Below are positions 9,688 through 19,800 of a stretch of DNA of 64,000 nucleotides, one piece after another. The stretch comes from Bacteroidales bacterium. Lineage in GTDB: Bacteria > Bacteroidota > Bacteroidia > Bacteroidales > UBA1556. Every line of letters begins with the position of its first letter. Position 1 is the first letter of the stretch. The translations under genes were made by a program, and so were the position numbers. The notes beneath the pieces were generated by a model. The model was given only the letters and a program-made list of their open reading frames with translations, searched no databases and was not told the origin of the DNA. The DNA is taken from contig JAMOQI010000032.1 in the NCBI GenBank assembly GCA_027064095.1, positions 25,316 through 89,315 on the forward strand, in the 5' to 3' direction.

Positions 9688-10209
9688 TTACCAATTATAA
9701 GCATCATTATTCATCCATTTACGATGTAACTTTAGAGTTTGCTCTATTATATCTCTGGCACATCCTTCACCACCCTTCTTATCAGATATATAATCAGATA
9801 TTTCTTTTATTTCTGTAGCTGCATCAGCAGGACATACTGCTACTCCGGCATTTCTCATAACCTCGTAATCAGGAATATCATCTCCCATATATATTATTTC
9901 TTCATCATTAATATCATACTTTTCTTTCAATTCTTCATACACTTTCAACTTGTTTGATACACCTAAATAAACATCCTTAATATTTAATCCATAAAGACGT
10001 TTATACATTCCCTCTGCCTTTGCACCAGAAATTATTACAACTCTATATTCCTTTTTAACAGCAAGTTGCATGGCATAACCATCCTTTACATTTGTTCTTC
10101 TTAAAAAGCCTCCCTCCTCTGTTAACAGTACCATGCCATCAGAGAGAACACCATCAAAATCAAAAATAAAAGTATTTATCTTGCTTAGTTTAGCTTTGTA
10201 ATTTTTCAT
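9688..10209 (-). CDS. kdsC: HAD-IIIA phosphatase, KdsC-like (3-deoxy-D-manno-octulosonate 8-phosphate phosphatase)
   Basis: 173 aa. FDFDGVLSDG motif I, GDDIPD motif. Confidence 0.75.
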   Translation of the reverse strand: MKNYKAKLSKINTFIFDFDGVLSDGMVLLTEEGGFLRRTNVKDGYAMQLAVKKEYRVVIISGAKAEGMYKRLYGLNIKDVYLGVSNKLKVYEELKEKYDINDEEIIYMGDDIPDYEVMRNAGVAVCPADAATEIKEISDYISDKKGGEGCARDIIEQTLKLHRKWMNNDAYNW

Positions 10210-10997
10210 TAATTATTGTTTTGTTGTTTGTAAATTATTTTGGACATCAGTTTATAAATTTTAGCATAATCTGTATTATCAGCAAGGCTTTGAATGTGCT
10301 TGTCAATTATTAATCTATCATTTCTAACAGCAGGTCCAGTTTGTAGAAGTTTTGGAGACTTTATCATAGTTTTTTTTGCGGTTTCTTCTATCAATGGTCG
10401 TAATAAATCGAATGAAATATTATTTTTATCTAATATTTCTTCTCCTATAGCATATAAAGCATTAGTAAAATTACACACAAATACAGCAGATAAATGCAAA
10501 ATAGCTCTTTCCTTAGAATTAATATCAAATATTTTTTTAGAAAATAGCCTTGCAAGATTTTTTAATTTATAAATATTATTTTCGGTATTTGCTTCAATAC
10601 AAATTGGTATTGTGTCCCAATTAGGTTTATCGTACATATTAAAAGTCTGTAATGGATAAAAAACACCATGATTCTTAATTCCCCTTAACACATCGATTGA
10701 TAATGAACCACTTGTATGAACAATTAAAGTATTTTGAGGTAAAGAAAATAATTCTAAATCACCAAAAGCTGAATCTGAAATAGATATTACTATCAAATCC
10801 AAATCTTTATCAAAACCGGAAATTTCAGATATTGCTGCTGCACCGGTCTTTTTTGCTAAAGTAAGAGCATTATCAAAATTTCTTGAATAAATCTGTGCCA
10901 CATCAATACCTCTATCGTAAAATGAAATAGCTAATTGTGTGGCAACTTTTCCACTTCCGATAAAACCAACTTTAGAAATTTCTTTATTAGCAATCAT
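10209..10997 (-). CDS. Rossmann-like / DUF2520 domain protein
   Basis: The ORF track start (11012) is a TTG. I trimmed it to ATG 10997 (MIANKEISKVGFIGSGKVATQL, a GxGxxG fold). Confidence 0.65.
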   Translation of the reverse strand: MIANKEISKVGFIGSGKVATQLAISFYDRGIDVAQIYSRNFDNALTLAKKTGAAAISEISGFDKDLDLIVISISDSAFGDLELFSLPQNTLIVHTSGSLSIDVLRGIKNHGVFYPLQTFNMYDKPNWDTIPICIEANTENNIYKLKNLARLFSKKIFDINSKERAILHLSAVFVCNFTNALYAIGEEILDKNNISFDLLRPLIEETAKKTMIKSPKLLQTGPAVRNDRLIIDKHIQSLADNTDYAKIYKLMSKIIYKQQNNN

Positions 10998-11155
10998 TTG
11001 GCGAAAATACAAAAAACGTAATTAAGATTAAACTCCACGCAAGATTTAACAATCATCATAATTAAAGCTTTAAAACTTTGAAAAAATACAAGACTATAAA
11101 ACTCGCCGATATATCCTTCTATTATAAAGACGGGAACAAAGCCGATGCATAAAGA

Positions 11156-11277
11156 TTAACCGTATTATTCATACAATTCGACTTACTATATTATGAATAA
11201 ACAATGAAAAACAAGGTGCAATGCGGGAAACCCCTCCCAAAATAAGGTCAGATTATTTATGAATAATAAAGGATTAA
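11156..11277. mobile_element. MITE-like repeat, copy A (122 bp)
   Basis: Left end is TTAACCGTATTATTCATACAA; the right end reverse-complemented is TTAATCCTTTATTATTCATAAA. The interior (GCAATGCGGGAAACCCCTCCCAAAA) is colinear with copy B. Confidence 0.7.
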
Positions 11278-11380
11278 CAAAGCTAACATCTCTAAAGCCG
11301 CCCTAAGAGACAAGCTCCTAAAACAAATTTTAAGAGCTCGCTCAACCAAACAGCTATTATGCGAAAAACAGATGTATATT

Positions 11381-12811
11381 CTATGTGAAAGGTAAAACCA
11401 ATCCTACCGTAAATGGATATAATTCAGGACCTTTTCCTTTTCTAAACATTTCGATAATTGAATAATTAGCATAAATATTTAATGGACCCCAACCAATACG
11501 TGCTGTAGCATCTAAGCGGAAAGGCTGTAAGTAAAAACTATCATATTCTTTTGGTTTATTTGTACTACCATTATTTTTATATACTTGTTTTGAATGCGAT
11601 CCTAATCTTACTCCGCCAACTACGCCGGCAGATATATGAATGCTATTTGTGTTGTGATATGGGTTTGTTTGAAATTCTAAAATTACCGGTACTACTAAAT
11701 AACTTGCTGTAAGTTTACTTTTAGTATATGCTCTGTTAGGATTATTGTCAAAATAACCACCCAATTCATTGCTGTCATTAGTAAGAATAGTATTATTAGC
11801 AAATCTATAGTTGTACCATTGAATACCCATACCCGTTAGTACGCCAAATTTATTACCTTTCAGATTAAAGCTCTGTTGGAAAAAGTTTATATTGAAATTA
11901 GTTGATTTTTCATATTTAAGCTCCATAAATTCATATCCCTTAGGCATATCAATACTGCCAGTTGGTGTTAAGTATCCATTTACTCCTAATTCTAGTCCAG
12001 TCCAATTACCTTTGAAAAATTTCCCTCCAGTAGTTCTATGTTTTTCTATACTAATACCATTCTCACCATCAATAATAATAATTTCTTTTTTTCCCTTTTT
12101 TGTTTTTAGCCTTATAGTATCCTGATTCTCCGTAACTTCAATTCCATTATGATAATCATCAACCCAAACAGATTCATTAGAATTTATCTTTTTATACTTT
12201 GGATTCTTCTTATACTTTAGTGAGCTTGAGCCACTTAAGTCAGCAACAATAGTACTATCTGTATTTAAACTTACATCGCTTGCACCACTAGCTTGCACAC
12301 TTGCATAAATATTTTGCACCTGAAAAGCATCAAAATCTGAAGCCCCACTTGAATGTAAATAAATACTATCAACTCTACCTGATAAAATTAAATCAGATGC
12401 TCCACTTATTTCTGCTGAAAGCTGACTATAATCGAGGCTAATTTTTGCATTTGATGCTCCGCAAAGATGTATATATAAACTATTGCCAGATATCTGGCCT
12501 TCGGTATTTACATCACAAGCTCCACTGAAATACAATTCCTCTATTGAAGAAGTTCCAAGTTCTATATCAATTGATTTGTTTTTAAGTCCCTTTACATTAA
12601 GCTCTAATAAGCCATCTTGCACTTTATAAGAAAACTTATCGGTATCAAAATCTTTATTTTGTATCAGAATATAACTGCTGTCAGTTTGTACCAAGTTAAT
12701 GTCAATTTGCTTACCTACTTTAATCTTATTGAAATTATCAGTAGAATATCTATGCTGAGCTATAGCACTTATTGAAAGGCCGAGCAGACAAAATATTAAT
12801 ATATTTTTCAT
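11381..12811 (-). CDS. Secreted protein: DUF2807/GIN-type beta-helix domain fused to a C-terminal outer-membrane beta-barrel-like domain
   Basis: 476 aa with a signal peptide (MKNILIFCLLGLSISAIAQ). Repeated SGASD/GASN units are typical of DUF2807. The C-terminal ~200 aa has alternating hydrophobic strands and ends in an aromatic residue (...VGLVLPFT). Confidence 0.6.
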   Translation of the reverse strand: MKNILIFCLLGLSISAIAQHRYSTDNFNKIKVGKQIDINLVQTDSSYILIQNKDFDTDKFSYKVQDGLLELNVKGLKNKSIDIELGTSSIEELYFSGACDVNTEGQISGNSLYIHLCGASNAKISLDYSQLSAEISGASDLILSGRVDSIYLHSSGASDFDAFQVQNIYASVQASGASDVSLNTDSTIVADLSGSSSLKYKKNPKYKKINSNESVWVDDYHNGIEVTENQDTIRLKTKKGKKEIIIIDGENGISIEKHRTTGGKFFKGNWTGLELGVNGYLTPTGSIDMPKGYEFMELKYEKSTNFNINFFQQSFNLKGNKFGVLTGMGIQWYNYRFANNTILTNDSNELGGYFDNNPNRAYTKSKLTASYLVVPVILEFQTNPYHNTNSIHISAGVVGGVRLGSHSKQVYKNNGSTNKPKEYDSFYLQPFRLDATARIGWGPLNIYANYSIIEMFRKGKGPELYPFTVGLVLPFT

Positions 12812-12934
12812 ATTAAATAGTTTCTATATTATTATAAATTTAAACGACATTAAATAAAGTAAGCTTACAATCTAATGTTTGTGCGGATAAGACGAAGGTA
12901 GTATGATAATGTTACAAATTATTACGTAATTTTA

Positions 12935-13495
12935 CTAAACAAGTTCATAATCTGACACTTCAATATACTCGGGATTCCTATTTGTTGGCCGACTTTCTAA
13001 TAAAACAATTCTCGAAACAGGAATTTCGATAGGTTCTATAACAGCGAACCTCCTTAGTTGCTTCTGAAAAAATCTTCCACTATTTGTTGTAATAATTCTA
13101 GCTAAAGTTATATGTGGAACAAAATTTTGCCTATCAGCAAAAAAATCAAGTTTATCAAATTCATATTGTAATTTTGTTGTAAGCTTTTTAATAAATTCTT
13201 CATCCGTTATTCCCCACCATAAAACTTTTGGAGTGTTTTTACTTCCAAAAACTGCCAATTTGGTTATGCTAATATTAAATTTTTCCTGTCTTAGTAATAC
13301 TAATTCTATTGACTTTTGTAATTTATCTATCCTTCTTGAATCTACTTTACCAAAAAATTTAAGAGTCAAATGCAGCATATCACCATCCACCCATCGCATT
13401 TTTGCAAATTCAAATTGATGCTTATATTCAGATAAATATGCATTAATATTCTCATCAATAGGTATCCTAATTGCTAGAAATAATCTCTTAGACAT
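12935..13495 (-). CDS. thpR: RNA 2',3'-cyclic phosphodiesterase (2H phosphoesterase, ThpR/LigT)
   Basis: Two HxT motifs (HLTLKF and HITLARI). The ORF track start 13543 is a TTG; trimmed to ATG 13495 (MSKRLFLAIRIP). Confidence 0.8.
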   Translation of the reverse strand: MSKRLFLAIRIPIDENINAYLSEYKHQFEFAKMRWVDGDMLHLTLKFFGKVDSRRIDKLQKSIELVLLRQEKFNISITKLAVFGSKNTPKVLWWGITDEEFIKKLTTKLQYEFDKLDFFADRQNFVPHITLARIITTNSGRFFQKQLRRFAVIEPIEIPVSRIVLLESRPTNRNPEYIEVSDYELV

Positions 13496-13622
13496 TAGTG
13501 TAAATATTAAAAAATTAAAAAACTTTAGAAATGCTATTTTCAAAAAATAAATAAAGCATTAAAAAGTCCACACTCTCTTTTCTTTTAATAAGGACTAATC
13601 CTTCGCTTAAAACATCAATAAT

Positions 13623-14123
13623 ATGAAGTATTTAAATAAGGAACAAAGATATGTAATACAAACATTATACAGACGAAAAGTATAAAATTTTGAAATAGGT
13701 AGTACTTACTATATGCCAGTGAGCGTAAGGAATGATTTGGTTATAATCGCAAATTCACATCACACATACAAAAAGTTGTTGTTGAATATATTACTAAAGA
13801 ACAATGGTCCTCTTGGTAGATAGTGGGTTATTACAAAAAGATATAAATTATATATAACAGTGTGTACGTTTATTAGTGGGGATAAAACAAAAAAGGATAA
13901 TATTTATATATATTTATGTCATAAACTAAAACACGAAAATAAGTCTGTAACAGATTCTACTTTAAAAATAAAAGATAAAATCAGCTTTGACCAAAGACCT
14001 GAAAAAACAAATACCATAAAAGAATTCATACATTTTGAAATGAATATAATTATAGGTAAAAACAATACTTTACATAATAAGCCAAAGCCAAGTAGAAAAT
14101 TAATCAACTTGGCTTTGCTTTGA
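13623..14123 (+). pseudogene. Decayed IS30-family transposase relic (N-terminal half only, multiple stops and frameshifts)
   Basis: MKYLNKEQRYVIQTLYRRKV* matches the IS30 HTH start (xLTxEQRYxI). The EQWSSW* fragment corresponds to the WSPEQI block. The fragment TFISGDKTKKDNIYIYLCHKLK...SFDQRPEKTNTIKEFIHFEMNIIIGK corresponds to the ETIYRYIY.DK..GG.LY.HLR...RP..V..R...GHWE.D.I.GK blocks. The DDE core is missing. Confidence 0.7.
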
Positions 14124-14337
14124 TTGAATTAAATTTTTTATTAATACTAAAGAGATATTATGTTGTTAATATTGTAATTATAATTACTAATACCATTGCG
14201 ATACCATATATCCACATCATGGTACTCTCTTTAATTTTTGTTTCAGTTTTTTCTGCCATGACTAAAAATTTTATAAATTTACACTCTACATTTTACACAT
14301 TGAGATTTTACAAGTCTCTTAACAAATAGACGATATA

Positions 14338-15180
14338 ATGTTGAAAAATCTTTGTTTTCATAGTCATAATAATTTTTGTGATGGTAAAAATAGCATTGAT
14401 GAAATGATTCAATCAGCTGTTAATATGAATGTTACGCATTTTGGAATATCTAGTCATGCACCTCTAAAATTCATCAATAAATGGAGTATGAATCATGATG
14501 ATTTGCAAAAATACTCTGATGAAATTGACAATGCTAAACTAAAATTTGGTAATAAAATTCAAATTTATAAATCTTTAGAAATTGATTATATCGAAGATTT
14601 AAGTTATCCTTTTGAATATTTTAAAAAAAAGATTGGACTTGACTACACTATCGGATCTATTCATTTAGTATTAAATAAAGAAAATAAAAAGCTTTGGTTT
14701 ATTGATGGAAATATAGAAGAATGTCATCAAAATTTTAAAAATGTTTTTGATAGTAACATTTATAAAGCTATTACGTCATATTATTCTCAAATACGCAAAA
14801 TGATAAAGACACAAAAACCTGATATAATTGGACATATTGATAAAATAGTAATGAATACTGCAAATGTATTTTTTAACGAAAACGAAAACTGGTATCTTGA
14901 TGAAATTAATAAAACATTGGATGTAGTTAAGAAACATGGTTGTATTATGGAAGTAAATGCCAGAGGCTTATATAAGAACAAATGGAATACTAGCTTCCCT
15001 TCTCCTACTATTTTATCTATAGCAAATTCTAAAAATATTCCTATTATTATTACTACAGACGCTCATCATACATCAGAAATTATAGCAAAATATGATGAAA
15101 CTGCAATAATTGCTAAATCTGCAGGTTATAAACATCAAACAATATATGACAATTACTCTTGGAAAGAAATAAAACTATAA
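14338..15180 (+). CDS. hisJ: PHP-family histidinol-phosphatase (HisJ type)
   Basis: 280 aa. FHSHNNFCDG and GISSHAP PHP metal motifs, C-terminal TDAHH. Confidence 0.75.
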   Translation: MLKNLCFHSHNNFCDGKNSIDEMIQSAVNMNVTHFGISSHAPLKFINKWSMNHDDLQKYSDEIDNAKLKFGNKIQIYKSLEIDYIEDLSYPFEYFKKKIGLDYTIGSIHLVLNKENKKLWFIDGNIEECHQNFKNVFDSNIYKAITSYYSQIRKMIKTQKPDIIGHIDKIVMNTANVFFNENENWYLDEINKTLDVVKKHGCIMEVNARGLYKNKWNTSFPSPTILSIANSKNIPIIITTDAHHTSEIIAKYDETAIIAKSAGYKHQTIYDNYSWKEIKL

Positions 15181-15184
15181 ATAT

Positions 15185-16777
15185 ATGCAACTAAAAAATA
15201 TTATTGGAATTTTATTGCTAATAAGCATTTTATCCTCATGTCAAAAAAAATATGAAGAGCTTAGAATTTTACCTTCTAACTCAAACTTTGTAATGACTCT
15301 TCAACCTAATATTTTACAAGAAAAAAGTGGCGTCTATAATATTGCAGAAACACAGCTATATTCGAAAATACTCAAGAATACAGATAGTAGTAATTTGGTG
15401 ATATTTAATAATTTTAAATACGTTTTTGAAAATTATGAAGAAAGTGGAATAAATGTGACAAAACCAATATTCATATTTTCAAGTAGTAGCCATAATGGCT
15501 ATAATAAAATTTCCGGAATAAATTTTACACTATCTGATAAAGATAAATTTTCTCAATTAATAGAAAAAATTAAAAATAATGCATATGATTCTTTAGAAAT
15601 CATCAAAGATGAAAATCTAAATATTATGATTTCTAATAAAAATTCATCAAAAATAATTTTAGCTTGGAATAATACAACTGTTATTGGATTAAAAGGTATC
15701 AGTGGAAACAATAATCAAACTTCATTAATCAAATATATAAAAGAATTGTTTGAACAAAGCCTAAATAAATCTCTATCTTCGAATAAAGACTTTGTAGATT
15801 TTTATGAAAAAAGACAAGATATAAGCTTATGGATAAATTCAAAATTCTATATCGAGCAACTACCGGCTGAATATAAAACAATTGCTAAAATGCAAATGCC
15901 AATAAGTATGGATGATGTTTACTTACATTATTTTATAAAATTTACAAAAGGTGAAATAAAATTAAAATCTAAGATGATTTTACCTGAGGATTTGACAAAT
16001 TTCCTAAAAGATTACCATATTGTAAAACCTCATATCGACACAAAAATGATGAATTTTATACCTTATAATAGTATAATGAACATAAGTTTTGCAATTAATC
16101 CACCAGAACTGTTACGAATGATAAGAGACTTATATTCCGAACGTCAGGTAAATACCGAAGGAATGGAAAAATTATTTGAGATGGCTACTAATATGAAAGT
16201 AGAGAAACTATTTCATGCTATTTCCGGTGATTTAATTATTAATATTCATGGAGTTAAAATAATTAACAATGTTAACGATTCTATTAATAATAAAAAAGTT
16301 AAGTGGATGTTTTCTTCTATTGCAAAATTAGATGATAAATCCATTTATCAATGGCTTGTCAATCAAATTGACTCTAATAAAGATAAAATGACTGATGGTT
16401 ATTTTGTATTGAATGAAAATAATAATTCATCTCTATACATGTGTTTGAAAAATAATTATGTAATGCTTACCAACGATAAAGCTTTAATAGTGGGATTTAG
16501 CAAAGAACATGGACTCGCAAAATCATTAAACGACAGTCCGATTGCTAAAAAAATTAATAACTACTCAGCTTATGCGGAATTTAACCTCGAATATTCATCT
16601 TATCCTCAAGATGTTCAACAATATTTTAACAATAAATATGACAAAAAAAACAATATAACTTTTAAAGAAAAAATTTCGCAAGTTAGATTCGAACCTATTG
16701 ATTCATATACAGCAGAACTAATAATAGAATTTAAAGACAAAACTAAAAACAGCTTAAAACAAATAATGGCCAATTAA
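15185..16777 (+). CDS. Hypothetical lipoprotein (possibly DUF4836-like)
   Basis: 530 aa. Signal peptide plus lipobox (LLLISILSSCQKK). No catalytic motif recognised. Starts 5 nt after the hisJ stop. Confidence 0.5.
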   Translation: MQLKNIIGILLLISILSSCQKKYEELRILPSNSNFVMTLQPNILQEKSGVYNIAETQLYSKILKNTDSSNLVIFNNFKYVFENYEESGINVTKPIFIFSSSSHNGYNKISGINFTLSDKDKFSQLIEKIKNNAYDSLEIIKDENLNIMISNKNSSKIILAWNNTTVIGLKGISGNNNQTSLIKYIKELFEQSLNKSLSSNKDFVDFYEKRQDISLWINSKFYIEQLPAEYKTIAKMQMPISMDDVYLHYFIKFTKGEIKLKSKMILPEDLTNFLKDYHIVKPHIDTKMMNFIPYNSIMNISFAINPPELLRMIRDLYSERQVNTEGMEKLFEMATNMKVEKLFHAISGDLIINIHGVKIINNVNDSINNKKVKWMFSSIAKLDDKSIYQWLVNQIDSNKDKMTDGYFVLNENNNSSLYMCLKNNYVMLTNDKALIVGFSKEHGLAKSLNDSPIAKKINNYSAYAEFNLEYSSYPQDVQQYFNNKYDKKNNITFKEKISQVRFEPIDSYTAELIIEFKDKTKNSLKQIMAN

Positions 16778-16867
16778 TACTCATTAATTCATGATTTTAG
16801 CTTTGTACTGTAAAACAAAGCCTTATATTGTCGTCAAATCTCAAAGCTTTATTAGTAATTTCGCTAA

Positions 16868-19800
16868 ATGAGTAAGAAATATGAACAATTAATCCATAAA
16901 ATTGAAATTTTTATACGTAAGTACTATAAAAATCAACTAATTAAGGGTATTATTATCAGTCTATCTTTATGGATTTCATTTTTCTTAATAATAAATTTTC
17001 TGGAATATTTCTTTCATTTAGGAAAAACATTCCGTAAAATTTTCTTTTATTTATACTTAGGAGGAGCATTTACAATCTTTATTTTATATATAGCAAAGCC
17101 TATAGCTAGTCTAATTAGAATTGGTAATAGACTTTCTTATATTCAAGCAGCTAAAATAATAGGTGAACATTTTTCGGATGTAAGTGATAAATTACTAAAT
17201 ACATTAGAGTTACAACAATTACTTAAAAATACTTCTTCTGATAATATTTTTCTTTTAGAGGCAGCCGTTGAACAAAAATCAGAGAAACTCTCTCCTATTC
17301 CATTCCAGTCAGCCATTAAATTTTCGATAAATAAAAAATATCTTAAATTTTTAATTCCACCTTTATTAATAATTGTATTTATAAGCTTTTTTGCACCAAA
17401 ATACATTACTGAATCTTCAACTAGACTAATAAATTATGATAAAGAATTTATAGAAAAACCTCCTTTTAAATTTGAAATAATAAACAACAAATTAGAGTGC
17501 CTACAAGGAGAAAATTTTGAACTAAAAGTAAATATTAAAGGCGATATTATTCCGGATGATATTTTTATTATTATTGATAACTATCCTTTTAAAATTAAAA
17601 AAGAAAATAAAATTTCGTTTAAATATTTGTTCAATAACGTTATTGCTAACAAAAGATTTTATTTTAAATCTGGCAAATATAAATCTCAAATTTACGAACT
17701 AATTATCGTTCCCAAGCCAAAAATTTTATCATTTAGTATAGAAGCAAAATATCCATCATATATTAACAAAAAAACTAAAACTTTTAAAAATATCGGGGAC
17801 CTGAGTATTCCGGAAGGTACAAAGTTGAAATGGTATTTCAACACAAAAGACATAACTAATTTGAAAATACTCTTTGCAAAAGATACCATAAATTTATCGG
17901 ATAAAAATAAAGTAAAAACCCAATACATTTATTTTACTAAAAGCGAAAATTATAATATTATACCACAAAATATATATATAACCAGACCTGATACAATTAA
18001 TTATCATATAGAAGTTATAAAAGATCAATATCCGCGTATAAAAGTGGATAATTTTAAAGATAGTTTAAATGATAAGATTATTTATTTTCAAGGAATTATA
18101 AAAGATGATTATGGTTTTTATAACCTCATCTTTAAATGGAAAAAACAACAAGAAGCCAATTATAACAGTATAGATATTCCAATTCACAAAGGTATAAATC
18201 AACAGCGTTTTTATTTTATCTTAGATATAGATAGTATGCCAATAGCACAAGGAGAAAATATTTCATATTTCTTTGAAGTATTTGATAATGATGCTATTAA
18301 TGGTTATAAATCAAGTAAAACACTTCTTCAGTCTGCAAGAAAAGCTAGTATTATGCAGCTTGATAGTGCAAGAAAAAAAATCGATAATGAATTGAAAGAA
18401 TCGATGAAAAAAACAATTGAAAAAACAAAAAAAATTACCAAAGAAGTAGAAAAGCTTCAGAAAAAATTCGTGGATAAAAAACAATTGAATTGGCAAGATA
18501 AACAACAATTAAAAGATTTACTTAATAAATTAAAACAAATTCAAAATAACATTGAAAAAATTAAAAAAACACATGCTAAATCTCAACAAAAAAACAAAGA
18601 ATTAAGCAAAGAAGATAAGCGTTTATTAGAAAAACAAAGACAGCTGGAAGAACTTTTTAATAAACTTATGACCCCCGAAATGCAAAAAATGATGATGGAA
18701 ATGCAAAAAATGATGAATGAAGAATTAAAAAAAGAAGATGCTCAGAAAATGCTTAATCAAATACAAATGGATAATAAAGATTTAGAAAAACAACTAGATA
18801 GAGATTTAGAAATGTTTAAGCAAATGGAGTTTGATCAAAAACTACAAGAAGCTATATCACAATTAGATAGTATCAAAACCAAGCAAGATAAAATAAAAGA
18901 GGAATTAGGAAAAAATAATAAATCAACAAAAGAAATTACCAAAAAACAAGAAGAATTAAATAAAGAATTTAAACAATTTAAAAATAAATTAGACGAAGCT
19001 AAAAAAGCTAATGAAAATCTTGAAAAACCTAACAAAATGGATAATTTTGATAGTGAGAAGCAAGAAATAGAAAATAAAATGGAACAAAGTAAGCAAAGTC
19101 TTGAAAAAGGAAAGAAAAAATCTGCTTCCAAAATGCAAAAAAGCGCATCAGAAGCCATGCAAAAATTATCAGATAAATTAAAACAAATGCAATCTGAGAT
19201 AGAGATGGAATCTAATGCAGAAAACATAGAAGATTTGAAAAATATACTTAATAATCTAATTGAAACTTCGTTCAACCAGGAAAACTTAATGAAAAAAGTT
19301 AAATCAACAAATCACACAGACCCTAATTATCCAAGTCTTATAAGATCTCAAAAAAATATTAAGATGGACCTCCTAATGATAGAAGATAGCTTATTAGCAT
19401 TAAGCAAAAGACAAGCATCTATTTCACCTATGGTAAATAAAGAAATAGGAAATATTAACCTTAATATGGAAAAAACACTTGAATCATTACTCGCCATAAA
19501 TACTATAGGTCCAACTTCAAAACGACAAAAAGATTATGCTGTTTCTAACCAACAACAAATAATGACTTCTGTAAACAACTTAGCTTTAATGTTATCGGAA
19601 GCTTTAGAACAAATGCAAAAACAACAAATGCAATCTAAGAATGGAAAAGGTAACTGTAAAAAACCTAAACCTGGTCAAAGTGGAAATAGTATGAAAAGTA
19701 TTAGACAAATGCAGGAAGCTCTTAATAAACAGATGAAAAAAATGCAAGAGCAAATGAAAAATGGTAAAGGAAAACAAAAAGGTCCCCAAAAAGGTAATGG

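Noticed and set aside
13860-14329. ORFs 13860-14123 (+), 13919-14107 (-) and 14120-14329 (+) as real genes
   Set aside because: The first is a frame fragment of the IS30 relic and has a GTG start. The other two are low-complexity AT-rich frames with no features. I annotated the region as a pseudogene instead.
18640-18730. Short tandem DNA duplication (ATGCAAAAAATGATGATGGAAATGCAAAAAATGATGAATGAA) considered as a repeat element
   Set aside because: It lies in frame within the coiled-coil region of the 1129-aa protein (MQKMMMEMQKMMNE). It is compositional, not an independent element.
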